Assembly: GCA_965262955.1 (NCBI GenBank)
Contig: CBDHGE010000001.1
Coordinates: 3,875,295-3,939,294 of the forward strand
Reading direction: 5' to 3'
DNA from: Candidatus Poribacteria bacterium
GTDB lineage: Bacteria; Poribacteria; WGA-4E; WGA-3G
DNA: 64,000 nt
Of the stretch, positions 18,676-27,342 are shown piece by piece; within the stretch, counting starts at the first letter, position 1, and each line of letters begins with the position of its first letter. The notes beneath the pieces were generated by a model. That model ran no database searches. It had not been told where the DNA came from and saw nothing but the letters and a program-made list of their open reading frames with translations. The position numbers were made by a program, and so were the translations under genes.

Positions 18676-20112
18676 ATGAATATTGTCTGTATCTGTTTGG
18701 ACACCTTTCGCGCGGACATCATCGGGGAAGGCAAAAAGTATAGCCACGTCCAAACCCCGAATCTCGATGCGCTCGCATCGGAGAGTGTTCGTTTCACACG
18801 CGCATTTGGCGAGGGACAACCGACGCTGCAAGTGCGACGCGCAAACTTCACTGGGATGCGCAGCTTTCCGTGGAGATATAACTTTGATCGGCGTGGGCAT
18901 TGGCATCACGCTCCCGGTTGGCATAAGATTCCACCGGAACAGGATACGATCGCCGAAGTCCTACTGGAACGCGGTTACCTAACAGCAATCATTGCCGATA
19001 CGTATCACATGTTCAAGCCGACGATGAACTTCTCGCGTGGGTTTGCACACTTCGATTTCATTCGCGGACAGGAGTCAGATAACTGGCACAGCGGCGATCC
19101 GAGGTTGATTGAAGAACAACTCCGCAAACATGTCCGTGAACCGCTCAACTGGCAACGGCATGCCGGGCTTGTCAACTACCTGTTGTCGCAACGCCACCGT
19201 CAATCAGAGGATGATTATAGTTGTGCCCGCGTCTTCCGTGCTGCATCTGATTGGCTTGAGGATAACCATACCGTCGGTCCGTTCTTCTTGTGGATTGATA
19301 GTTTCGATCCCCATGAGCCGTGGGATCCACCGAAATCCTACGCCGATCACTATTTCTCGGACTATTCAGGGAAGGACTTCATCACACCTGGCAGCGCGAA
19401 CGAAGGTGACGGTCCTACGGAGGACGAACTCCGCCGAATTGAGGCACTCTATCTCGGTGAAGTAACATTTGTTGATAAGTGGGTCGGTGTGCTACTCGAC
19501 AAGATAGAGCAATTGAACATCCGAGACGAAACGCTGGTCGTTTTGATGTCTGACCATGGGACGCAACTCCGCGATCACGGGAGTTTCGGAAAAGGACCGA
19601 ACAAGTTACATCCGTTTAATACACAACTGAATTTAATGATTCGCCATCCAGAGGGACCGCATGACCATGATATTTCTGCGTTTGTACAGAATCACGATCT
19701 AATGCCGACCCTCCTAAACCTCCTTGACATTCCGTGTGGTTGGACGGACGGTGAGGATATGTGGCAACTCGTTAGGCAGGAGAAGGCATCCCTCCGTGAA
19801 CGGATCATCACAGGTTGGGCAGGATTTATTACAGGGAATGCAAGAGGGCGCGTGAGTGTGCGAGATAACCATTGGAACTTCTGTACGTCGGTAGGTTATG
19901 CTGATGAGAATGGTGATGAACTCTTTGATGTGCGAAACGATCCAGAAGAGAAGGTGAACGTTGCGAGCGCGCATCCGGCGGTAGTTGCGGAACGGCGACG
20001 GGACGTTGAAGCCTTAATCGGACAGCCGTTGCCCGGACATTTCATTGAGGTCTGCGATCCGGGAAATCCACCGATGACGCAGTGGCTTCAGAAGAAATTG
20101 GCAGAGATGTAA
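18676..20112 (+). CDS. Sulfatase-like hydrolase (alkaline phosphatase superfamily), atypical active-site motif
   Basis: 478-aa ORF with an N-terminal metal-binding CLDTFRAD and later SDHG. The position of the canonical C/S-x-P-x-R motif reads GQPTLQVRRANFTG. Confidence 0.75.
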   Translation: MNIVCICLDTFRADIIGEGKKYSHVQTPNLDALASESVRFTRAFGEGQPTLQVRRANFTGMRSFPWRYNFDRRGHWHHAPGWHKIPPEQDTIAEVLLERGYLTAIIADTYHMFKPTMNFSRGFAHFDFIRGQESDNWHSGDPRLIEEQLRKHVREPLNWQRHAGLVNYLLSQRHRQSEDDYSCARVFRAASDWLEDNHTVGPFFLWIDSFDPHEPWDPPKSYADHYFSDYSGKDFITPGSANEGDGPTEDELRRIEALYLGEVTFVDKWVGVLLDKIEQLNIRDETLVVLMSDHGTQLRDHGSFGKGPNKLHPFNTQLNLMIRHPEGPHDHDISAFVQNHDLMPTLLNLLDIPCGWTDGEDMWQLVRQEKASLRERIITGWAGFITGNARGRVSVRDNHWNFCTSVGYADENGDELFDVRNDPEEKVNVASAHPAVVAERRRDVEALIGQPLPGHFIEVCDPGNPPMTQWLQKKLAEM

Positions 20113-20117
20113 AAAAC

Positions 20118-20145
20118 TTGATTTCATTTTCCGTTTTGGTATAAT
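20118..20145 (+). promoter_or_regulatory. Putative promoter for the ferredoxin-NADP reductase gene (TTGATT-16-TGgTATAAT)
   Basis: -35 element at 20118-20123 and an extended -10 element at 20138-20145. Confidence 0.55.
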
Positions 20146-20198
20146 GTATTTAATCGGTGATTAAAAATCTATTTATAATAAATTTGAAGGGAAAAATT

Positions 20199-20972
20199 AT
20201 GGGAAGAAGACGCTCCAGAGTGCAATATTGTAAAGGTGAATTGATTGAACGTGAGGACTTTTCCGAAGATTTAGCCGCGTTCAAATTCCGTGTTGATAAA
20301 CAGTTGCCATTCATACCCGGGCAATACGCTACAATCGGTTTTCAGGTTGGCGAAAAGATTGCCCAACGTCCGTATTCGATCGTCTCCTCACCGCACGAGC
20401 CGTTTATGGAAGTTTTCGTGGAATTAGTGCCGGAGGGTGAAACTACGCCACTGTTTTGGGAACTGAAATTGGGAGACAGCGTCTTTTTCAGGGAACGTCT
20501 CGTCGGGAGATTCGTACTGGAGACGGAGAGTGGAATGACGCGTCATGTCATGGCCGGAACTGTCACGGGAGCTGCCCCGTATATTAGCATTGCCCGAACG
20601 CAAAAAATTGAGCAAGAGCAGGGCAAAGCAAGTCCACATCAGATCTTGGCGATCGTTGGTGCGAGCCGTTCGTGGGAACTTGGGTATTACATGGATGAAC
20701 TCAACGAATTGGCGGCACAGGAAGAGTGGTTCACATTTGTCCCAACTGTAAGTCGTCCGTGGGAGGATCCTGAGTGGGAAGGCGAAAGCGGACGTGCCGA
20801 AGATGTGGTTCGGAAATACGGCGATCAACTCGGCTATGACCACACGAACGCCGTCGTCTATGCGTGCGGACATCCACAGATGATTGAGAATGCGAAAGCA
20901 ATCTGGGCGCGTGCGCGTTTCCCTGAAGAACGGATTAAAGAAGAAAAATTCTTTGTAATGAAGGAAGAGTAG
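20199..20972 (+). CDS. Ferredoxin-NADP+ reductase-type FAD/NAD(P)-binding oxidoreductase
   Basis: The RPYSIVS FAD-binding motif is present, and the size matches bacterial Fpr. ATG 20199 follows a consensus-like promoter at 20118-20145. Confidence 0.8.
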   Translation: MGRRRSRVQYCKGELIEREDFSEDLAAFKFRVDKQLPFIPGQYATIGFQVGEKIAQRPYSIVSSPHEPFMEVFVELVPEGETTPLFWELKLGDSVFFRERLVGRFVLETESGMTRHVMAGTVTGAAPYISIARTQKIEQEQGKASPHQILAIVGASRSWELGYYMDELNELAAQEEWFTFVPTVSRPWEDPEWEGESGRAEDVVRKYGDQLGYDHTNAVVYACGHPQMIENAKAIWARARFPEERIKEEKFFVMKEE

Positions 20973-21009
20973 TGGGATAGCAATCCACGCTTATAGAAAG
21001 ACTTACTTG

Positions 21010-21051
21010 AACAGCGGCACTGCGCGGATGATTTCGCGTAATGCCGCTGTT
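21010..21051. terminator. Hairpin between convergent genes (AACAGCGGCA ... TGCCGCTGTT) followed by TTGTGTG
   Basis: 10-bp stem with a 22-nt loop that itself contains a CGCG/CGCG pairing. Confidence 0.45.
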
Positions 21052-21087
21052 TTGTGTGCGCTATGCAGGTTCAATAGCAGTTTGCTA

Positions 21088-22863
21088 TTAGTCCTCTTGT
21101 GAAACCATTTCATTTATATCCCACAGAAGGACGGTGCCATCTTCACTGCCGCTAACGAGCGTGTCACCATATTTGGAAAAAATAAGAGCTGTTATCTTAC
21201 GCGTGTGCCGTGTGAATATAGGGGTTTCACGATTTTCGCCTTCCGCATCGAAATCAAAAAACCGAATTTTCCCCACTTTATCTCCAATGGCAAGAAAGCG
21301 TCCGGTCGGAGAATATGCCAATGCAGTAATTGCGCTGAATGAACCTTGGTAATGCCGCACCTCTTGACCAGTGAGTGCATCCCATCGCCGGATAATTCCA
21401 TTTTCTTCCCCGCTGAAAAGGTGAGTGCCATCACCGTAGAATGTCAGGGCAGTGATAGTGCTTTGAGCACCTCTAATAATCTGTGGCTCGCCGCTCTGCT
21501 TAACATTTAACAGATAAATTCTGCCATCTGCGCCGCCACTGGCAAGTGTGGCTTTAGCCGGTGAGAGTGCCAACGCAGTGATACCGTGTGTGTTTCCTGT
21601 TAGTGTTGCTATCAGACTGTCTTCGCCGAAAGGTGCGTCCGATACGAAAATAGTACCGTTTCCGTTTCCACCACTGGCAAGGCTTTCTCCGTTCTCTGAG
21701 AGAGCAACTGCCTGTGTTAGCCCTCTATGATCGCGAAGTTTGTGAAGCTGCATACCTGTGCTTGCGTCCCACAAGCGGAGTTTGTTATCTAATCCAGTAC
21801 CGCAGGCAAGAATGCGATTATCTTCTGTATAGCTCAGTGCTTTAACACCACCGGTATGTCCCGTGAGTGTTAATCTGGCACGGGCGAGTTGAGTGTCCCA
21901 TAAACGGATTGTCCCATCTAAACTGCCACTCGCAAGAGTCCTCCCATCTGGTGATAATTCAACAGTCGGAACTATATCATTATGTCCTGCGAGGGTGGAG
22001 GTAAGTGTTCCGGTACTGGTGTTCCATACCCGTATTTCCTTATCTGCTCCACTGGTGGCAAAATTATATCCATCCTGTGAGAAATTTACTGCATAGACGG
22101 GCATGTTATGTTGTTTCGGTTCCGAGAGTCTACCACCGGGTGCCACAAGGTTCCATAATTGAACTGTACCGTCCAAACTCGCACTAATCAGGATTTTACC
22201 ACTCGGTGAGAAATCTATCTCCCAGACTGAATCCTTATGTCCCTTAAACTCGTAAATTCGATCGCCGGTACCGGCATCCCAGACCTGAATTGTGCCGTCC
22301 TCACTTCCACCCGCTATCATCTGGCTATCTTGAGAAAAATCTACGGTGTTAATGGGGGCATTATATGGCAGAATTGCCGTAAGTTCTTCAGTACGAACAT
22401 CCCAGACTCGAATCGTATTATCGGCACTTCCACTGGCGAGCATGCTGCCATCCGGTGAAAACGCGACAGTATGAATTTCACCTGTGTGTCCTGTGAAGGT
22501 CGATAAAGGTCGGCGGTTATCGGTGTTAGTATCCCATAATCTAACTGTCTGATCCCAATGTGCTGCCGCAAGTATGAGACCGCCTTTGGAATATGCTATC
22601 GCATTGGCACCGCCCATAAGCCCAGAGAACAAGGCTTGCTCGTTCCCTGTCCGGACGTCATAAATCCAGATACCGATGGTGGTTGCAACTGCCAATTGGT
22701 CACTGTAGAGAGAAAATTTTATATCTTTTGCCCAGCCTTTGCCGAAGCGGGCTTTTGCATATTTGGGTAAATCCCATTGTGTGGAGTTTTGTGCGAAAAT
22801 GTTTGGTAGACATAGACTCGTGGTTAGTAGGCATGCTACAAGTAATCGGTAGGCTTTTTTCAT
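21088..22863 (-). CDS. Secreted WD40-repeat protein (about 13-14 blades, likely double beta-propeller)
   Basis: 591-aa ORF with an N-terminal signal peptide (MKKAYRLLVACLLTTSLCLPNIFA). It has repeated GH...SPDG...ASGS.D.TI.LWD units. Confidence 0.9.
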   Translation of the reverse strand: MKKAYRLLVACLLTTSLCLPNIFAQNSTQWDLPKYAKARFGKGWAKDIKFSLYSDQLAVATTIGIWIYDVRTGNEQALFSGLMGGANAIAYSKGGLILAAAHWDQTVRLWDTNTDNRRPLSTFTGHTGEIHTVAFSPDGSMLASGSADNTIRVWDVRTEELTAILPYNAPINTVDFSQDSQMIAGGSEDGTIQVWDAGTGDRIYEFKGHKDSVWEIDFSPSGKILISASLDGTVQLWNLVAPGGRLSEPKQHNMPVYAVNFSQDGYNFATSGADKEIRVWNTSTGTLTSTLAGHNDIVPTVELSPDGRTLASGSLDGTIRLWDTQLARARLTLTGHTGGVKALSYTEDNRILACGTGLDNKLRLWDASTGMQLHKLRDHRGLTQAVALSENGESLASGGNGNGTIFVSDAPFGEDSLIATLTGNTHGITALALSPAKATLASGGADGRIYLLNVKQSGEPQIIRGAQSTITALTFYGDGTHLFSGEENGIIRRWDALTGQEVRHYQGSFSAITALAYSPTGRFLAIGDKVGKIRFFDFDAEGENRETPIFTRHTRKITALIFSKYGDTLVSGSEDGTVLLWDINEMVSQED

Positions 22864-22994
22864 TTTGTATCGCTCCTATTGTCTGATTAATTTTTTAAGG
22901 TGGGACTCGTATTTTGTATTTATTGTACCACATGAGTAACCTGATATGAATCTTTGCGGATATTTCGAGATTGTCTGTTACCTTGTACAAGGGG

Positions 22995-24911
22995 TTAGTT
23001 GGCTATGAACTCTATAAGCATGCGTGCGGGTTCATAATTGGAATCGATTCTTAAAGCTGTGTTGGCAGCGTCTATCGCTGCTTCAAATTCACCGAGTTCT
23101 AAGTGAGCCAACGCAAGGTTAAAGTGTGCCTCCTTAAATTCCTGGTCAATGTTTATCGCCTTTATAAGGGCTTTTATCGCTTCGGTGTACATTTCCTTCT
23201 CAATGTAAATTACGCCAAGATGACAGTGTGCCTCTTTAAAGTTAGGGTCGATATTAATAGCACTAATAAATTCCGAAATCGCCTTTGTGTAATTTCCTTC
23301 GTCAAAAAACGTCCAACCGCGTCCGTAATGTTTCTCCTTTATTTTCAATAAAAGTTCTTGAGCGGGTGGATAATTGGGATCAAGATCTAAGGCTTGTCTT
23401 GCCTTTTGTGTGGCTGCATCAAGTTCAACTCGTCTAAAGTGCACTAAACCTTCATTAACGAGAACGACTGACGATGGTCTGGGTGGTTCAGGTGGTATAG
23501 GCGGTTCAGGTTCTGAACTGTCATCTAATTTTATATAGGCTACCTCTTTGAGTTCCTGCATGCGACTCAACCATCCTTGAACTGTGGGGTCATCGTTATC
23601 CCCATATCTCGTATTAGCTGCGTCAATCCTGTTAATTACTAACTGCCATTTGGATTGGTCCCCAGATGCTTTTGCCCATTCTGTGTATGTCACGGCTAAG
23701 TGGTAATATGCTTTAATGGTATCTGAGCTGCTATCATAATCTACGATAAGCTTTTTAAAAGCATCGACTGATTTACTAAATAAGGTAGGGTCCGTAAGAG
23801 CCGCTTCAGAATAGCAGCGTCCTGCCCAGTAGAGCGCATAAACCCTATCTTCGGGAGGGAGTGTACTATTGGCCAGCTGGTGATATATTTCAGCTGCATC
23901 CGAAAACCGACCTTCCTTTCGAAGGAGTCTCGCATCTATAAAGAGTTCATCACTGAGATTGGCTCGTGGATTACGATTTGGAGGGTCAGGAACGAGGTAG
24001 GTGCGATGGTATGCCTCATAAAGTTCTTTTTTTCTCTCTAAGTCAGCCGTGCTGTACATGGCTTCTTCGTAGTTCGCGCGGGCATTTATATGATCCTTCG
24101 CATCAAGATGGATTTCTGCTATCAGTTCATAAGCATAGGTAACATATTCACTATCTGGGTATTGTGTAATGAGGTCTGTGCAGAGTTGGTAGGCATCATG
24201 GACTTTCCCTTCCTGCTTTAAGTCGGAGGCGGTCCTGTACGTCGCGCTATCCATGGAATCAGGATTGGGATTTGGTTTTTCGCTATTAGCAGTTGAAGGT
24301 GTCAGTTCTGCAATACGTTGTTCTGCCTTCGCCTTGAATTCGGAATGTGAAAATTCGCTAACGAGTTTTTGAAAGGTGTTCAGAGCCGCATCGCGGTTTC
24401 CTTGTTTAAGATTAATCTCTCCAATAGTGTAAAGTGCTTTCGGTACCCATCGGCTGTTAGGAAAGTTTTCTATCAACCGCGAAAATTTGGATTCTGATTG
24501 ATCGAGATCGTCGATTTTGTACAGATTCTCTGCCCAGAGATAAGAGAGTTCCTCCTTGTGTTTGATAATCTGTGTATCTAATGCGACCTTTTTGATATGT
24601 GTAAGGGCGTTTTGGTAATGCCTGACATCGCTTGTTTTCTCTCCGAGATCATAGTAGCATTGCGCGATTTTAAGGTTAGCAAGTGTTGTGAATTCTTTAT
24701 CAATATGCTCTGTGTTCACAGCTATTTTATTTGATTCTTTGAGTGCCTTTTTGTATTTTGTGATTGCGTCTTCGTAATCTGAACGTTCATACGACATTTC
24801 GGCATCTTCAAAAAGTCGCTCTACCTTCTTTGAGTTCCCTAATATGAGTGGTGATAGAAGAGCAAGTGCCAAGGCAACGCCACCGATAATACCCCACATT
24901 CTGGCGCTCAT
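22995..24911 (-). CDS. Membrane-anchored tetratricopeptide repeat (TPR) protein
   Basis: 638-aa ORF with an N-terminal TM helix (WGIIGGVALALALLSPLILG) and many TPR-like A..Y..AL...P motifs. GGAGG lies inside the end of the upstream TPR gene, and the start is 2 nt after that gene's stop. Confidence 0.9.
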   Translation of the reverse strand: MSARMWGIIGGVALALALLSPLILGNSKKVERLFEDAEMSYERSDYEDAITKYKKALKESNKIAVNTEHIDKEFTTLANLKIAQCYYDLGEKTSDVRHYQNALTHIKKVALDTQIIKHKEELSYLWAENLYKIDDLDQSESKFSRLIENFPNSRWVPKALYTIGEINLKQGNRDAALNTFQKLVSEFSHSEFKAKAEQRIAELTPSTANSEKPNPNPDSMDSATYRTASDLKQEGKVHDAYQLCTDLITQYPDSEYVTYAYELIAEIHLDAKDHINARANYEEAMYSTADLERKKELYEAYHRTYLVPDPPNRNPRANLSDELFIDARLLRKEGRFSDAAEIYHQLANSTLPPEDRVYALYWAGRCYSEAALTDPTLFSKSVDAFKKLIVDYDSSSDTIKAYYHLAVTYTEWAKASGDQSKWQLVINRIDAANTRYGDNDDPTVQGWLSRMQELKEVAYIKLDDSSEPEPPIPPEPPRPSSVVLVNEGLVHFRRVELDAATQKARQALDLDPNYPPAQELLLKIKEKHYGRGWTFFDEGNYTKAISEFISAINIDPNFKEAHCHLGVIYIEKEMYTEAIKALIKAINIDQEFKEAHFNLALAHLELGEFEAAIDAANTALRIDSNYEPARMLIEFIAN

Positions 24912-24913
24912 TG

Positions 24914-27178
24914 TTACCTCCTTGAAGGTCTCTCTGGCTTTGGTGTGCTTGGTATGATTTTGAAGGAGAAGTTTTTATACGCAAGAGGTGTTGTTTTATT
25001 TTCTCCAAATAACTGGATTTGCAAGGACTGGTTTCTGCCTTTTATGTTTTTTGCTGCTGTTATAGGGATTCTAATAGTCTGTATGCTATCTTTCAATTCC
25101 GGAATCCGTCTGGTATTTGAAAAAGTTAGCCCAGCTGTAGAAGGTGGTTCGAGCGGTTCAACTCTTAACTCCACATTATACACTGCGGAACCCTTGTTGG
25201 TGATGGTTAGCAAGAGACGAGCTCTTTCCCCAGCATCAAGAGAACCGTTTCTTGAGGACAAAGAAGGTTCCTCTAAATAGACGCCTACTTCTATTGGGTC
25301 TGGAGTGGTCTCTTGAGATTTTTTGGTAGTCTGTTGGTTCACTTGAGAAGCCTGGGAATTTGGATTCAATTGTTCGTCTACCCACGGCCATACCTTGTAA
25401 TAACCAACCACGCCTGCCACAGCAAGAACGCCTAAAATAGCGGTATAAGCCATCACTTTTTTCCAAGTTTTCCGCCTGCGAAGTCTTGCTTCGGTGCGCT
25501 TTATTGTTGTGAGAAGTTCGTGTACGAGTTGGCGGTTGGCTTTGAGCCTCGACGCCTCTTCCACTGCTTTTGTTGCGTCATCAAGTACTCCCAGTTCCAG
25601 ATAAGCGATGCCTAAACCGCAGTGTGCATCTGCAAAATTTGGATCTGCTTTTATCGCTTTTGTGAATGCGGAAGCGGCTTCATTATATTGTTTATTTTTT
25701 AAGAACGCTTCTCCCCGATCATAGTGCTTTTTTGCATCGGAGGTATGTAGAACCATGTCGGTGGATTCTGTGCGTTCAGGAGCAGGAGGACGTGCCTCTT
25801 TTATAGCGTCTAACAGTTGCCGGGCAGGATGGGAAAGAGCGTCAATCCTGAGTGCTGCTTTCGCTGCTTGTTCTGCGTCATCGAGTCGTTCCATCTCAAG
25901 ATAAATTCCGCCCAAATTCGTGTGTGCTGCTACAAAGTTCGGATCTAAATCTATCGCCTTTTGGAATTCTGCAACTGCTTCTTTGTGCATTTTCGCGTTT
26001 CGGTAAACAATACCGAGCTCGCAGTGTGTTTGTGGTCTTGATTTTATGCCTGGTTGTGAAGTTGGGGATTTATTTGGCTCTGGTGGTGTAGGTGTATGTG
26101 TTTCCGGCGGTGTGAAACTGGGATCGATCGCTTCCAAAAGAGAAAGTGAAGGTCGATAGTTAGGGTCCAGTTTCAACGCCTCATTCGCAGCATTTCTCGC
26201 CTTTCGGAGTTTTTGTTGTCCTAAGTAAGCAACGGCAAGCGCGTGATGTGCAGCTTTATGAGTGGGGTCCAGTTCTATCGTTTTTTGAAGCGCATCTATT
26301 GCATGGCGATAGGATTCCGTCTTTAGATAGGTTAACCCGAGGTTGTGGTGTGCAGCCACAAAATTGGGGTCAAGTGTTATAACGTTTTGGAAGGCTGTAG
26401 CGGCTTCACTATAGTTTTCATCGTTAAGGTAGGTGATACCCTTGTTGTAATGTTCGTGTTTTATTGTGTCTGCGAGTTCATGTGCGGGTTTATATTTTGG
26501 ATCGAGTCTCAGAGTTTCCGTAAGGGCGTGTGTTGCTGCTTCCGAATTGCTCGATTCTCGGTGGGCGCGCGCGAGGTTGTAATGTGCACGCTTGAAGTTT
26601 GGGGCAATCGCTATAGCACGTTCAAAGTGTGATATGGCTTTATCGGCGTGCCCCTGTTCGACGTAGGCAATGCCGAGGTTATAGTGCGCATCGACGAGAT
26701 CGGAATCAAGTTTTACCGCTTTTTCTAACGCTTCAATCGCATTCTGATACGCCTGCATACCGATGTAGGCAGCACCAAGATGGGCGTGAATATGTGTATT
26801 CTCAAGAGGAGAGGGTTGCGAATTATCCCCTATATCTGCATCGAGGTTTATGGCTTTCTGGAATACTTCAATCGCTTCAGTGTAGCGTTTGTCGTCTAAG
26901 TAAGCTTTGCCCTTGTCGTGATATGCGTCTGTTATGGTGCCATGCAGTAGTAACGCCGGTTGGTGAGCCGCATCAAGTTTTAATGCCGTTGTAACCGCCA
27001 TGACTGCTTTCTCAAGGTCATTCTGCTCGAGATAGGCGCGACAGAGCGCGCAGTGTGCACCTATAAAATCCGCATCCAGTTGTATGGCAGCTTCAAATTC
27101 AGGGATAGCTCTGTCGTATTGTCCTGCTTCCAGATAAGCGATACCGAGGTTGTAATGTGCCTCTTTTATAGCGTTCAT
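24914..27178 (-). CDS. TPR protein with an internal TM helix and a C-terminal beta-sandwich-like domain
   Basis: 754-aa ORF with about 12 or more TPR units (AHYNLGIAYLE...A..A..LDP.F). A TM helix (AYTAILGVLAVAGVVGYY) follows, then a roughly 150-aa beta-rich tail (LLLTITNKGSAVYNVELRVEP...). Confidence 0.9.
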   Translation of the reverse strand: MNAIKEAHYNLGIAYLEAGQYDRAIPEFEAAIQLDADFIGAHCALCRAYLEQNDLEKAVMAVTTALKLDAAHQPALLLHGTITDAYHDKGKAYLDDKRYTEAIEVFQKAINLDADIGDNSQPSPLENTHIHAHLGAAYIGMQAYQNAIEALEKAVKLDSDLVDAHYNLGIAYVEQGHADKAISHFERAIAIAPNFKRAHYNLARAHRESSNSEAATHALTETLRLDPKYKPAHELADTIKHEHYNKGITYLNDENYSEAATAFQNVITLDPNFVAAHHNLGLTYLKTESYRHAIDALQKTIELDPTHKAAHHALAVAYLGQQKLRKARNAANEALKLDPNYRPSLSLLEAIDPSFTPPETHTPTPPEPNKSPTSQPGIKSRPQTHCELGIVYRNAKMHKEAVAEFQKAIDLDPNFVAAHTNLGGIYLEMERLDDAEQAAKAALRIDALSHPARQLLDAIKEARPPAPERTESTDMVLHTSDAKKHYDRGEAFLKNKQYNEAASAFTKAIKADPNFADAHCGLGIAYLELGVLDDATKAVEEASRLKANRQLVHELLTTIKRTEARLRRRKTWKKVMAYTAILGVLAVAGVVGYYKVWPWVDEQLNPNSQASQVNQQTTKKSQETTPDPIEVGVYLEEPSLSSRNGSLDAGERARLLLTITNKGSAVYNVELRVEPLEPPSTAGLTFSNTRRIPELKDSIQTIRIPITAAKNIKGRNQSLQIQLFGENKTTPLAYKNFSFKIIPSTPKPERPSRR

Positions 27179-27231
27179 TGTAATGAGGAGGTGTGAAAAC
27201 TGGTTGCTTCGGACTTAATTCGTTGAGTCTT

Positions 27232-27260
27232 ATTATAGCAGATTCATTTTAATTTTACAA
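27232..27260 (-). promoter_or_regulatory. Putative promoter for the TPR-TPR(-WD40) operon (TTGTAA-17-TATAAT on the minus strand)
   Basis: Plus-strand ATTATA at 27232-27237 and TTACAA at 27255-27260. Confidence 0.45.
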
Positions 27261-27272
27261 GAAAAAAACTTG

Positions 27273-27301
27273 TTGAATTAGGTTCAATTCTCTGGTATTA
27301 T
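27273..27301 (+). promoter_or_regulatory. Putative promoter for the membrane protein gene at 27343 (TTGAAT-17-TGgTATTAT)
   Basis: -35 element at 27273-27278 and -10 element at 27296-27301, with TG two nt upstream. Confidence 0.5.
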
Positions 27302-27342
27302 AGCGTCGCGGGTTTGGACTTAAAACTTCACGCATCTGACTG

